A stretch of 42,056 nucleotides of DNA, from NCBI GenBank assembly GCA_964016885.1, contig CAXHJY010000999.1, positions 1 to 42,056 of the forward strand, given 5' to 3'. Below, piece by piece: positions 1-15,222 of this stretch (its first letter is position 1; each line of letters opens with the position of its first letter). The DNA comes from Eledone cirrhosa. Its lineage: Eukaryota. The notes under the pieces are model-generated. The model searched no databases. It was not told the origin of the DNA and was given only the letters and a program-made list of their open reading frames with translations. The translations under genes and the position numbers were made by a program.

Positions 1-635
1 ATATATATATGTATGTGTGTGTGTGTGTGTATACAGCTTAATACATACATACAAGCATCTACGCACACACACACTCTTATATATATATATATAATATATT
101 GTATTATATATAGATTGAGATTACCATACACACACACACAAACACACACGCATGTATATATATATATATATATATGATCATATATGAATATACATACATC
201 TACACACACACAGACACAGACACACACATATATATATATTTATTTATTTAAAGATTAATGCATACATACAAATAGATGCACATATACATATGTACGTACG
301 ATTACATAAACTGTTCAACATACATACACACATACACATATACACATAAACATACAGACAGATACAGTAACACTGATAAAGCAGAGAGGGGGGGGGTAGA
401 GGGAAGCGGTGGGATAGTACGGCATTCTCTCACATAACATACACATGTACTGTATACAACAGTACTTGCACACACACACACTTACACACACTTACACACA
501 CATACAACATACATACAACACACATACACCATACGCGCACACACACATATGCAGAATGATGTAATGAAACGCACGTAAATTCACTCACGCGCACATACCC
601 TCCTTCACGCGCACATACACATGCACTTTCTTACA

Positions 636-2322
<1,687 letters not shown>

Positions 2323-2902
2323 AGATGATGTAATAGCACGTACGTGGACACATACATACACTGAGGGTCTCCCCCTTCACACACACACATGTACCGAGAG
2401 AGAGAGAGAGAGGGGGTGGGGTAAGTGCACACATACACAAACACTCTTCCACATTCATACATATATATTCATTGACACCAACATACATAGAGAGAGAGAG
2501 AGAGAGACCGAGCGACTGAGCGAGAGAGAGAGAGAGAGGTAGAGAGAGAGAGAAAGACAGAGAGAGAGAGCGAGAGAAAGAAGGTGGTTGGGTGCACACA
2601 TACACAAGCTCTCCTTCACATACAGCGAGAGACACCAACACCGCAATACAGAGAGAGAGACTGACTGTGAGAGTGAGAGAGAGAGAGACTGAGAGAGAGA
2701 GAGAGAGAGAGACTGAGAGAGAGAGAGAGAGACTGAGAGAGAGAGAGACTGAGAGTGAGAGAGACTGAGAGGGTGGGCGGGGGGGAGGGGGGTTGTGGTG
2801 GAGGTACACCTACAGAGGCTCCATCGCATACAGAGAGACACACCAACACCATACAGAGAAACAGAGTGATATATATATATGTATATGTATATGTATATAT
2901 AT

Positions 2903-2955
<53 letters not shown>

Positions 2956-3113
2956 GGAACGAGTAGGACCCCGACGGCTGAGCTCAAGCCTTTTCGACCG
3001 GCTTGAGCTCAGCCGTCGGGGTCATACTTTTTCCCATTACCCACTCTACTACCCTAAGTATTGAATACTTTGGTGCGTCATGGTCCACCTGGTTCCTTAC
3101 CACATTTCTTCCG

Positions 3114-3115
<2 letters not shown>
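2956..3115 (+). mobile_element. Family A fold-back element, copy 1
   Basis: Inverted short arm GGAACGAGTAGGACCCCGACGG..., then forward arm plus ~80-nt tail ending CCGTT; (TA)n on both sides. Confidence 0.8.
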
Positions 3116-3146
<31 letters not shown>

Positions 3147-3148
<2 letters not shown>

Positions 3149-3345
3149 AACGAGTAGGACCCCGACGGCAGAGCTCAAGCCGTTTCGACGGCTAATTCTG
3201 GACTCACCATTCAGCTCAAGCCGTCGAAACGGCTTGAGCTCAGCCGTCGGGGTCACACTTGTTCCTATTACCCACTCTACTACCCTAAGTATTGAGTACT
3301 TTGGTGCGTTATGGTCCACCTGGTTCCTTACCACATTTCTTCCGT

Positions 3346-3346
<1 letters not shown>
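3147..3346 (+). mobile_element. Family A fold-back element, copy 2, with hammerhead 3' half
   Basis: GAAA-CGGCT-tgagctc-AGCCG-TC at 3226-3248 gives an HHR GAAA box, helix III and GUC. Termini match copy 1. Confidence 0.8.
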
Positions 3347-3376
<30 letters not shown>

Positions 3377-3747
3377 AAGAGAGGGGGTAGAGTAAGAGCT
3401 AGAAAGGTAGAGAGAGGTGGATGTGCACCTATACATACACAAACACGCCTTAACATAGACACATAGACAGAAACACCGCTATACAGAGAGTGAGAGAGAG
3501 AGAGACTGAGAGAGTTTATGGTGAGAAAGAGAGAGGGGGAGGGTGGGAAGAGCGAGAGAGGGGGAGGGTGGGAAGAGCGAGAGGGGGGGGGGGGTGCAGC
3601 TCTACATAACATGAAGCCAATCTAACAAGAGTGGATGAGATTTCTAATTCCGCCTCTGACCTCCCTGTCACATGTGTTGATAATACAACCTAGAGAAATT
3701 AGATAGCATATCATAGGGGTCAGGGGTGTGTGTATATATATATATAT

Positions 3748-3802
<55 letters not shown>

Positions 3803-3870
3803 TATACACACACACGTACATACATATATATATATATCCATATAGGTATATGTATATATACATATATTTA

Positions 3871-3926
<56 letters not shown>

Positions 3927-3947
3927 CATATATATATATATATACAC

Positions 3948-4017
<70 letters not shown>

Positions 4018-4473
4018 GCACACACACATTCATATATATATGTTATATGCATATATATGAATATGTATATATGCATATATGTATATATGTATGTATGTAT
4101 ATATATGTATGTATGTATGTATATATATATATGTGTGTGTGTGTGCGTGTGCGTCTCTTTCTACACATACATGTAGCACACGTTCAATCACTACTATAAA
4201 TAAATATGCATAGTTATGATATATGCACAAACTCACACACACACACACATACACACGCACCGACACACACACATACATATATATATACATACACATATAC
4301 ATACACCCACACATACGTGCACACTCTCACACACACACACATGTACACATATACACATACTTCGTAGGAGAGATAAAGACATTTAAACATAAATAAATGA
4401 TAAATAAAGACTAAAGATAAATATATAAATATATCAGATGTATTGCTAAACAATTTTTGATATGGTAGCATTG

Positions 4474-4524
<51 letters not shown>

Positions 4525-4531
<7 letters not shown>

Positions 4532-5085
4532 GATCGAGTATCGAAAAATCGGCGCACGAGTTTACGATAAACAAAATTCGAAATGAGCGGCAGAGGGCTC
4601 AATAATTCAGATGAATCAGAGCTATAACTATCGTTAAAATACCGTCACATATAGAACAAGTCTACAATCAACCATACGATAAAAAATCGATAATAGAAGA
4701 TTCGGGACAAACAGATAAAAAATATCAATAAAACAATACATCAATAATTTAAATGAATGTAAAATCATACTCGGACCCACTAGAAAGGTGTTAAATCTAG
4801 CTTCATGGGTTTCTGTAAATCCTTAGACTGTACTCTATCAGCTCACATATAAATATAAAAGCCTACTAGAGCAAGAGGAACGGAGTTTACTTTCTCAACG
4901 AGCTTTTTTCCTAGCGGAAAAGGGGCTAACTACCAGTGAAAAACGCACATGGCATTAGACAAGGGAGATAACCTCTATATCCGCGAAAACTATTCGAGGG
5001 AATGTGGAAATACACATATCGAATAAGAGTGCTCAATAGACATGTTAAAATAAAACAAAAGCTATTCATCACTCAATAGAATCAC
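4525..5085 (-). mobile_element. Family D, ~0.6-kb non-coding (TA)n-associated element (diverged subfamily)
   Basis: Colinear homology by eye to 25421-26124 and 18555-18758, e.g. ACTTTCTCAAC, GACAAGGG, AAAAGCTATTCATCA.TCAATAGAATC. Confidence 0.65.
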
Positions 5086-5094
5086 CACACATGA

Positions 5095-5133
5095 TGAACC
5101 TGAAGATTGCGAAAGCATGAAAGTACTTGTTCA
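5095..5133 (+). ncRNA. Minimal type I hammerhead ribozyme
   Basis: TGAAC-CTGAAGA-tTGC gaaa GCAt-GAAA-GTAC-TT-GTTCA: perfect 5-bp helix I and palindromic GTAC loop III. Confidence 0.8.
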
Positions 5134-5285
5134 ATTAACACTTAACATTTAATATTCTATCATACTATTTCATTCTAATACCATTATAAATTTTAAAGGA
5201 TTGTAAATAAAACGAGTAAATCAGACAAAGTTGGAATTCCTCTTATTAATATAATCTTCTATACACAATCATACACACCCGTGTA

Positions 5286-5368
<83 letters not shown>

Positions 5369-5469
5369 TGGTAGAACACTGGAAGGTAATATCCGTAGTG
5401 GTAAAGCACTCAGTCCATGGGACAAGTTAGGTAGAAGTGGTTACACAACAGTTAGTTCACCATACCGAG

Positions 5470-5535
<66 letters not shown>

Positions 5536-5665
5536 GAAGTTCTATTTAAATTGTTGGGATACAACAAGCAAATATTTTTATAACTGATATAAAGCACTCA
5601 ACAAATTATTGGAGTAAAAATACGATATATTAACAAATGGAAACTATATTTATAAAACCCTATTA

Positions 5666-5728
5666 ATTTCATTATACATATTTCAAGGACACCAAGTTAA
5701 ATTATGGTGTGCTTTCATCAGATAAAAT
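5666..5728 (-). ncRNA. Type I hammerhead ribozyme (family B)
   Basis: ATTTTAT-CTGATGA-AAG cACACCA..TGGTGTc CTT-GAAA-TATGTA-TA-ATGAAAT on the minus strand. Confidence 0.78.
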
Positions 5729-5866
5729 ATAATATAGAGCAGTTTTATAAATAAATATTGACATACCCTTAAATAATGCGACCATTTCTATCCGGGAGCT
5801 TCCAACAGAAATGGTCGCATTCTTTAACGGTATGTCAATATTTATTTATAAAACTGATCTATATTA

Positions 5867-5930
5867 TATTTTATCTGATGAAAGAACACCATAATTTAAT
5901 TTGGTGTCCTGAAATATGTATAATGAAATA
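5867..5930 (+). ncRNA. Type I hammerhead ribozyme (family B)
   Basis: TATTTTAT-CTGATGA-..ACACCA..TGGTGT..-GAAA-TATGTA-TA-ATGAAATA; an AATAAA overlaps the 3' end. Confidence 0.78.
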
Positions 5931-6176
5931 AATAGGGTTTTATAAATATAGTTTTCATTTGTTAATATATCGTATATATTATATATATATAAGGAAAGGA
6001 GAGGAAATACTGTATATATATATTTTATCAAATGATTCTATGGACAGACTTTCCTCTATATTGCACTGATTGTTGATTATTTAATTAATTAATTCGTCAT
6101 TGAGCCACATCGTGAACGGTTGCCAAAAACACATATATATATATCTATGGCTTTGTCTAGTTTATGTATATGTAAA

Positions 6177-6311
<135 letters not shown>

Positions 6312-6370
6312 AATATATATACATGTATATATATGACAAAGTATGTATATATATGTATATATATATATAA

Positions 6371-6720
6371 TGTTATACTTTGGGATGGTCATATTGCCAA
6401 TAAGAAGCACACGCACCAGTTGCTTTCACTTCAATTTATTATAAAGATTCTTAAGAATCCCCAGTTAGTGAAGAGGTCACAGAATGTGTGACGAAAGAAC
6501 TTTGACAATATATAAACAACCATCCGGTTGTGGAACCAACCAACCAACTTGAAATTTATGAAATTTATATTTATAAAATTTATAAAATTTATAATAAATT
6601 GAAGTGAAAGCAACTTGTGCGTGTGTTTCTTATTGGCAACATGACCCTCCCAAAGTATAACAATATCGGTTTCAACACACGTTTTCAGATAAAGAATCTT
6701 GCTAAACAAATTCAGAAACG

Positions 6721-6722
<2 letters not shown>
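6371..6722 (+). mobile_element. Family C asymmetric inverted-repeat element
   Basis: About 6371-6445 is the inverted copy of about 6588-6662, followed by a ~60-nt tail; (TA)n flanks; internal degenerate HHR. Confidence 0.75.
6464..6506 (+). ncRNA. Degenerate minimal hammerhead
   Basis: GTTA-GTGAAGA-gGTCACA gaatg TGTGAC-GAAA-GAAC-TT-TGAC; C3>G in the core, so probably inactive. Confidence 0.55.
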
Positions 6723-6774
<52 letters not shown>

Positions 6775-6776
<2 letters not shown>

Positions 6777-6942
6777 CGAAGGAAATGTGGTAAGGAACCA
6801 AGTGGACCATAACGCACCAAAGTACTCAATACTTAGGGTAGTAGAGTGGGTAATAGGAACGAGTAGGACCCCGACGGCTGAGCTCAAGCCGTATCGACGG
6901 CTAATTCTGGACTCAGAATTAGCCGTCAGGGTCCTACTCGTT

Positions 6943-6944
<2 letters not shown>
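6775..6944 (-). mobile_element. Family A fold-back element, copy 3
   Basis: Same tail and termini as the 2956 and 3147 copies in reverse orientation; hairpin centre CTG-GACT-CAG. Confidence 0.8.
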
Positions 6945-7010
<66 letters not shown>

Positions 7011-7011
7011 T

Positions 7012-7048
<37 letters not shown>

Positions 7049-7066
7049 AGTAGACGGGGTATTTAA

Positions 7067-7121
7067 TTATCTGATGAAAGCGTACCAATGTGTCTTGGTA
7101 CCCTTGAAATATATATAATAG
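7067..7121 (+). ncRNA. Type I hammerhead (family B, 5'-truncated copy at ~7060-7171)
   Basis: TTAT-CTGATGA-AAG cGTACCAA..TTGGTACc CTT-GAAA-TATATA-TA-ATAG, then AATAAA. Helix II differs from the 5867 copy yet still pairs. Confidence 0.75.
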
Positions 7122-7164
7122 AATAAATATGGTTTTATAAATATAGTTTCCATTTATTTAATAT

Positions 7165-7221
<57 letters not shown>

Positions 7222-7225
<4 letters not shown>

Positions 7226-7258
7226 GGTGGTAAATATATACATATCATGGTGCTGGTG

Positions 7259-7291
<33 letters not shown>

Positions 7292-8190
7292 TTGGTGTTG
7301 GTGGTGGTGGTTGTGGTGGCGTTGTTGATGGTGGTTCTGATGTTGGTGTTGATGGTATTGGTGGTGTTGGTGTTGGTGTAGGTGATGGTGGTGGTGGTGT
7401 TGGTGTTGGTGATGATGATGGTGGTGGTGGTGGTGGTGTTGTCGTTCTTGTAGTTGGTATTGGTGTTGATGGTAGTGGTGGTGTTGGTGTTAGTGTTGGT
7501 GATGGTGATGGGGATGATGGTGGTGGTGGTGTTGGTGTTGTTAATGGTAATGGTGTTGATGGTAGTGGTGGTGATTTTGGGGGTTATAGTGGTGCCGGTA
7601 GTGTTGGTGTGGTAGTGTTGGTAGTGTGGTGTTGGTGGTGGCACTGAGGATGTGGTGGTGCCGGTAGTGTTGGTGTGGTAGTGTTGGTGTGGTAGTGTTG
7701 GTGTGGTAGTGTTGGTGCGGCGTTGGTGGTGTGGTGTTGGTGATGGCTCTGAGGATGTGGTGGTGTCGGTAGTGTTGGTGTGGTAGTGTTGGTGTGGTAG
7801 TGTTGGTGTGGTAGCGTTGGTGTGGCGTTGGTGGTGTGGCGTAGGTGGTGGATCTGGGGATGTGGTGGTGCTGGCGGTAGTGTTGGTGTGGTAGTGTTGG
7901 TGGTGTGGTGTTGGTGATGGCTCTTGGGATGTGATGGTGCCGGTAGTGTTGGTGTCGGTAGTGTTGGTGTGGTAGTGTTGGTGTGGTAGTGTTGGTTGGT
8001 AGTGTTGGTGTGGCATTGGTGGTGTGGTGTTGGGGATGTGGTGGTGCTGGCGGTAGTGTTGGTGTGGTAGTGTTGGTGTGGTAGTGTTGGTGTGGTGTTG
8101 GTGATGGTTCTGAGGATGTGGTGGGGCCGGTAGTGTTGGTGTGGTAGTGTTGGTGCGGCGTTGGTGGTGTGGTGGTGCTGGCGGTAGTGT
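7222..8190. repeat. (GGT/GTT)n grading into 15-bp GTAGTGTTGGTGTGG sub-repeats
   Basis: Read directly; contains degenerate precursors of the 69-bp unit. Confidence 0.85.
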
Positions 8191-9370
8191 TGGTGTGGTA
8201 GTGTTGGTGTGGCGTTGGTGGTGTGGTGTAGGTGATGGCTCTGAGGATGTGGTGGTGCTGGCGGTAGTGTTGGTGTGGCGGCGTTGGTGGTGTGGTGTAG
8301 GTGATGGCTCTGAGGATGTGGTGGTTCTGGCGGTAGTGTTGGTGTGGCGGCGTTGGTGGTGTGGTGTAGGTGATGGCTCTGGGGATGTGGTGGTGCTGGC
8401 GGTAGTGTTGGTGTGGCGGCGTTGGTGGTGTGGTGTAGGTGATGGCTCTGGGGATGTGGTGGTGCTGGCGGTAGTGTTGGTGTGGCGGCGTTGGTGGTGT
8501 GGTGTAGGTGATGGCTCTGAGGATGTGGTGGTGCTGGCGGTAGTGTTGGTGTGGCGGCGTTGGTGGTGTGGTGTAGGTGATGGCTCTGAGGATGTGGTGG
8601 TGCTGGCGGTAGTGTTGGTGTGGCGGCGTTGGTGGTGTGGTGTAGGTGATGGCTCTGGGGATGTGATGGTGCTGGCGGTAGTGTTGGTGTGGCGGCGTTG
8701 GTGGTGTGGTGTAGGTGATGGCTCTGGGGATGTGATGGTGCTGGCGGTAGTGTTGGTGTGGCGGCGTTGGTGGTGTGGTGTAGGTGATGGCTCTGGGGAT
8801 GTGATGGTGCTGGCGGTAGTGTTGGTGTGGCGGCGTTGGTGGTGTGGTGTAGGTGATGGCTCTGGGGATGTGATGGTGCTGGCGGTAGTGTTGGTGTGGC
8901 GGCGTTGGTGGTGTGGTGTAGGTGATGGCTCTGGGGATGTGATGGTGCTGGCGGTAGTGTTGGTGTGGCGGCGTTGGTGGTGTGGTGTAGGTGATGGCTC
9001 TGGGGATGTGATGGTGCTGGCGGTAGTGTTGGTGTGGCGGCGTTGGTGGTGTGGTGTAGGTGATGGCTCTGGGGATGTGATGGTGCTGGCGGTAGTGTTG
9101 GTGTGGCGGCGTTGGTGGTGTGGTGTAGGTGATGGCTCTGGGGATGTGATGGTGCTGGCGGTAGTGTTGGTGTGGCGGCGTTGGTGGTGTGGTGTAGGTG
9201 ATGGCTCTGGGGATGTGATGGTGCTGGCGGTAGTGTTGGTGTGGCGGCGTTGGTGGTGTGGTGTAGGTGATGGCTCTGGGGATGTGATGGTGCTGGCGGT
9301 AGTGTTGGTGTGGCGGCGTTGGTGGTGTGGTGTAGGTGATGGCTCTGGGGATGTGATGGTGCTGGTGGTA
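8191..9370. repeat. 69-bp minisatellite, ~17 copies
   Basis: Unit GTAGTGTTGGTGTGGCGGCGTTGGTGGTGTGGTGTAGGTGATGGCTCTGGGGATGTGATGGTGCTGGCG. Confidence 0.95.
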
Positions 9371-9688
9371 GTGATACGAGGATACAGGAATAAGAAAATA
9401 TGGAAGAAAACGAGAAGTGGAAGAAAGAAAAGAAGAGGAGGAACAAAAAAAGAATAAGAATAGGAAAGAGAAGAAGAGGAAGGAGAGGAGGAGGAGGAGG
9501 AGGATGAGGAGGAGAAGAAGAAGAAGAAGAAAAAGAAGAAGAAGAAGAATATTTCGAGGAACTCATAAATCCTTGAGAAGAAAATCAAAAATTTGTTGTT
9601 TAATTATTTCATTCGAAATGATGGTCTATGGAGGTTGTGATGTCTTGATATATTTCATTTTAGGAAAGATATACATACATATATAATG

Positions 9689-9830
<142 letters not shown>

Positions 9831-9904
9831 CGTATATATATCCTATATGTATATATATATATATGTATATATATATATCGTATATATGTATATATATATA
9901 TATC

Positions 9905-9965
<61 letters not shown>

Positions 9966-9971
<6 letters not shown>

Positions 9972-10012
9972 AATACTATTAGCTTCTCGCTAAAACAATT
10001 TCTATACCTTTC

Positions 10013-10018
<6 letters not shown>
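9966..10018 (+). mobile_element. 3'-terminal fragment of the 755-1700 family
   Basis: TTATAGAATACTATTAGCTTCTCGCTAAAACAATTTCTATACCTTTCATTTATA matches the reverse complement of ~755-809; inside (TA)n. Confidence 0.75.
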
Positions 10019-10064
<46 letters not shown>

Positions 10065-10192
10065 ATATATCAGTATATGTGTGTATATATATTTATATAT
10101 ATACATACATGTATATATATATAAGTATATATATATATACATGTATATATATATATAAGTATATGTATATATATACATGTATATTTATATAA

Positions 10193-10295
<103 letters not shown>

Positions 10296-10373
10296 CATAT
10301 ATATATGTATATATATATATATGCATGTATGTAAAAAGTAAACAGAAATAATAAAGCAAACGACAGAGATATT

Positions 10374-10449
10374 CAGGGTGTCCCCAAAAATGTATTCACA
10401 TATTTATTAGAATGCTGTTGAAGTGTATATACCATTTTTTGGGACACCT
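10374..10449. mobile_element. Tc1/mariner-type MITE
   Basis: TIRs CAGGGTGTCCCCAAAAATGTAT / ATTTTTTGGGACACC; related copy at 40543-40641. Confidence 0.7.
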
Positions 10450-10470
10450 ATATATATATATATATATACT

Positions 10471-10526
<56 letters not shown>

Positions 10527-10617
10527 GATATGTATATATTTATATATGTTTATATGTATATACATATTTATATAAATATATATTTTTTTATGTGTACACA
10601 CACACGCACACGCACAC

Positions 10618-10670
<53 letters not shown>

Positions 10671-10831
10671 TGTGTGTATGTGTGTGAGTGTGTGTGTGTG
10701 TGTGTGTATGTAACATTAGTTTTTAAAAGTTTCAGTTTAATTAAAGATAGGAAATCTAATTTGTTAGAAGGATTCATTAATTTTCTTCAATTCTAGATTA
10801 AAACGTCTGACCACTTCTCCAACACATCCGC

Positions 10832-11715
10832 CTACACCACACATACAACACCTCCTCCTACACCGCCGCCACAAGCACCATCACTTACACCACATCCACC
10901 ATCACCTACACCACCACCGTCACAACCACCATCACCTACACCACCACCGCCACAACCACCATCACTTACACCACCACCACCACCGCCACAACCACCATCA
11001 CTTACACCACATCCACCATCACCTACACCACCACTATCACAACCACCATCACCTACACCACCACCGCCACAACCACCATCACTTACACCACATCCACCAT
11101 CACCTACACCACCACCGTCACAACCACCATCACCTACACCACCACCACCACCATAACGACCATCACCTACACCACCACCACCAGCATAACCACCATCACC
11201 TACACCACCACCGTCACAACCACCATCACCTACACCACCACCGTCACAACCACCATCCCCTACACCATCACCACCACAACCACCATCAGCTACACCACCA
11301 CCGCCACAACCACCAATACTTACACCACCACCACTACAACCACCATCACCTACACCACAACCACCATCACCTACACCACCACCACAACCACCATCACCTA
11401 CACCATCACCTACACCACCACCGCCACAACCACCAATACTTACACCACCACCACCACAACCACCATCACCTACACCACAACCACCATCACCTACACCACC
11501 ACCACCACAACCACCATCACTAAAACCCCCACCACCACAACCACCATCACCTACACCACTACCACCAAAACCATCATCACCTACACCACCAACACCACAA
11601 CCACCACCACCACAACCACCATCACCTACACCACTACTGTCACAACCACCAAAGCTATCTCGTTTAAATATCAGTATTTCACCAACACCAACACCAACAC
11701 CAACACCAACACCTA
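10832..11715. repeat. (CCA)-based minisatellite, 21-33-bp units
   Basis: Recurrent CAACCACCATCACCTACACCACCACC. Confidence 0.9.
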
Positions 11716-11874
11716 CACTTTTACATACCCCAAACAAACGCCCCCAGCACTACCACCAACACTAACAGACTAACAGTTGTAACAACAACAACGGCAACAT
11801 TAGCAACAATACACATTTTGATTTCTGTCAAAGATAGCACTCCCCCCCCCCCCCCACACACATATATATATATA

Positions 11875-12300
11875 TACTAGCAGAGGTACCCGACGGTGCT
11901 CGGGTATTAAATACCAGTTATGTATACCATTTATGTCAATAATTCAGTGCTCCTTGGAAAACTATACTTTTACAAAATCATCGGCTTTTTCCAAAAGGAG
12001 GTTCCTGCCCCCAGGAGTCCCCTACTCAATATGTGCCAATTCTGAGAGTTCACATTCATCTGTAGAACAAACGTAGCCCATGTGTCAAGTTTTGTTGCGA
12101 ACTCCAGAAGTTATGACGTTTTGTTGCATTGCACTGCAGTGCTTCAGTCGACTCCAAGGAAGTGGTTAAAGGGGGTTATCTGCCGGGAGGCCCTATAATC
12201 AATATCTGGAAAAATGAAAGTGCCCATGACCATCCGGAGTAACCTATGTCTTATGTTTGGTGAAAATACTGTAGAAATCCATAAGGTTTACACACACACA
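11875..12300 (+). mobile_element. Non-autonomous Helitron-like element (Lep1-type architecture)
   Basis: 5' TACTAGC..ACCCGACGGTGCTCGGGT hairpin, shared with 39852; ends in (CA)n. Confidence 0.45.
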
Positions 12301-12372
12301 CGTGTGTGGGTATGTCCGTCGGCGCATACGTATGTACTGGCCTAAATATTCACTATTTACTTTTACTATTTT

Positions 12373-12495
12373 AAGGCAAAGTTAAAATCCCGTCGAGGTT
12401 AACTTTGCCTTTCATCATTACGGGGTCGATAAAATAAAGTACCAGTAATGTACTGGGTAAGTGCTGGCCTTGTGCCAAAAGTAGAAACAACTATT
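12373..12495 (+). mobile_element. tRNA-derived SINE family 1, 5'-truncated with snap-back
   Basis: GAGGTTAACTTTGCCTTTCATC..GGGGTCGATAAAATAAAGTACCAGT body shared by 7 copies in the window. Confidence 0.85.
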
Positions 12496-12841
12496 TTAAT
12501 AACTTCTGTCATTTTCGTTTACAATTTTATTTACATCATTCTTAAACTCCGGGGCTGGAAATCATTCGGTTATTTTAAATAGAATATTAGTCTAACGACT
12601 CCATTTACACCATAAACTTGGTCTCGTCTTTGCATGAAATTGTTCTTCACGCTCCACATAACGACGTGTTATCCTCGCTTTTTTTCGTTCATTGCCAGGG
12701 AACGTCTTCACGAACCAAAATATCGTCTTTCTGTTTTCCTTCGGTTGCAATGTTTCTCGAAATATTTAATTCTGCGTTCACAGATTAAATTTTTTAGTTT
12801 AAGAAGATCCCGTTAATGTTGACAGCAGCGATTCTTTGCTT

Positions 12842-12960
<119 letters not shown>

Positions 12961-13803
12961 CACCCTCTCTCTCTCTTAGAGAGAGTTGCAACATGTATGT
13001 AGTTTCATAGATTTTTGAGAATGAAAATATAAACAGCATATAAATAAATTTACAGTAGAATAACATAACAAATATGTTTTAAATATATACATAAATAACA
13101 TTACAAATGCCTCGGTAACACTACAAAGGATGATACAATGAAAGATATATTCCTTCAATGCTACAATATTAAAGAAAATGTAAAGGAAAGGGGTGAACAA
13201 CGGAGCCAACACCAGAGCAAAAGACACAACGACGCGAGTACTGGGCAACCTCTCTAATGATTTTTGAGGCAAGCCAGCACACTGGCAGCGTTGCCTCGGG
13301 TGATGGCGAGGCTGATGCGCTGAAATATTGTTTTAAAAGACTTTTTAATGGAAAGGAAGCAAAATGGAAGCTTAATGTTGTAACTTAGAACTTATGAATT
13401 TTGCAGGTTAAAATTTTGCTGGCCCGAAAACTGTTCGCGTGTTTTTGTACGTGTAGTTTGTTCGTAACGTAAATAGATTAGACAGAATGAGGCTATAAAA
13501 GGGAAATAACTCGTCTCTCATCTCTATTTATACATTTGAACTGAAAAATCAATACATTACAAATTCGATTTTTACACTTGGCGTGGGTCGATTTGAAAAA
13601 TGTTTTGACCGATGACTCCGCCGGACCTTCATCTATAAGTGTAGCAATTGCACTGAAATTTGAATGTACGGTTTAGGAGGTGATGTGTGCCGACCGTTTT
13701 AGTAGTCAGACAGACAACCTCAGTTTTATATATATATATATAGATATACGATATGTATACATATACATATCGTATATATGTATATACGATATGTATTAAA
13801 AAA

Positions 13804-13857
<54 letters not shown>

Positions 13858-13859
<2 letters not shown>

Positions 13860-13934
13860 CAATGATATTAAATAAATGGAAATTATATTTATAAAACCAT
13901 ATTTATTCTATTATATATATTTCAAGGGTACCAA
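13858..13934 (-). mobile_element. Family B short-arm fragment (HHR 3' half)
   Basis: Reverse complement nearly identical to 7095-7171; truncated in helix II. Confidence 0.75.
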
Positions 13935-14011
13935 ACAAATCTACACCAAAGCCACGCTATTCACGAAACCAACCAATCACGAGCCATTATCTTACAATCA
14001 ACCTACTCCCT

Positions 14012-14316
<305 letters not shown>

Positions 14317-14535
14317 ATTTGCTGGATATATATATATAAATGGAAGCTTAGGAAAATCGAAGCTTTGGCTGTGGGCAAGCAAAGTCGACCTACAATAGGA
14401 ACGAGTTAGCAAACCACTCAATAAGGGTAGGTCCTTAGAGTAATAACATACGTTTAAATATATATATATATGTGTGTGTGTGTGTTTTACATACATATGT
14501 ATGTATATGTGTGTATATATATGTATATATGTATA

Positions 14536-14592
14536 TTACTCGTTTACCTATTCCAGCCGTCCGACTGAGGCCATGCTGGGGCACCACCCTTG
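14536..14592 (-). mobile_element. 3'-end fragment of a SINE-like repeat
   Basis: GGTGGTGCCCCAGCATGGCCTCAGTC..GAGTAA resembles a common octopus SINE end (from recall, unverified). Confidence 0.45.
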
Positions 14593-14635
14593 CATGTATA
14601 TGTATATATATAAGTATATATGTATATTATATATA

Positions 14636-14666
<31 letters not shown>

Positions 14667-14733
14667 AACATATATGTATATATATTATACATGTATATAT
14701 ATATATATATGTGTGTAAAAATAAACAGAAATA

Positions 14734-14765
<32 letters not shown>

Positions 14766-14819
14766 GAACAACGAATGCTCCTTTTAGTTTACTATAAACA
14801 TACACCAAATCATACCTCA

Positions 14820-15222
14820 CCTCCTCCACACCACGACGACCACCATCAACATCACCACCACCACCACCGCCACCACCAACACCACCATCACCATCACCAC
14901 CAATAACACCATCACCACCAATAACACCATCACCACCGCCACCACCATCACCATCACCACCACTAACACCATCACCATCATCACCAACACCACTAACACC
15001 ATCACCACCACCACCATCCCACCATCACAACCACCACCATCATCGCCACTATCACCATCACCACCACCACTGCCACCACTACTACCACCACTAACACCAT
15101 CACCAGCATCACCACCATCACAGCCACCACCACCACCACCACTACTACAACCACCATCACCATCACCACCACCACCACCACCACTATCACCACCACCACC
15201 ACCACCACCACCACCACCACCA
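14820..15222. repeat. (CAC/CAT)n
   Basis: Read directly. Confidence 0.9.

Larger units (their letters stand above)
5533..5974. mobile_element. Family B asymmetric inverted-repeat element with two HHRs
   Basis: Arms at 5621-5789 and 5807-5974 with a 17-bp spacer; the left arm carries an extra ~88-nt tail (5533-5620); (TA)n flanks. Confidence 0.85.

Noticed and set aside
3190-3256. Family A as a tRNA-Trp-derived SINE (ends GTCGGGGTCA)
   Set aside because: No GTTC B box or A box; GAAAC-helix-GTC fits a hammerhead half better.
4795-4845. CTGATAGA...GAAA (minus) as the family D hammerhead; also CTGATGA at ~18620-18626 minus
   Set aside because: No NUH or helix I partner, and not conserved in the 25421 copy.
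7222-9588. 788-aa mucin-like ORF
   Set aside because: The minisatellite is open in three frames and bounded by simple repeats; no splice or domain support.
13490-13530. TATAAAAG as a TATA box
   Set aside because: Expected by chance in AT-rich DNA; no downstream gene evidence.
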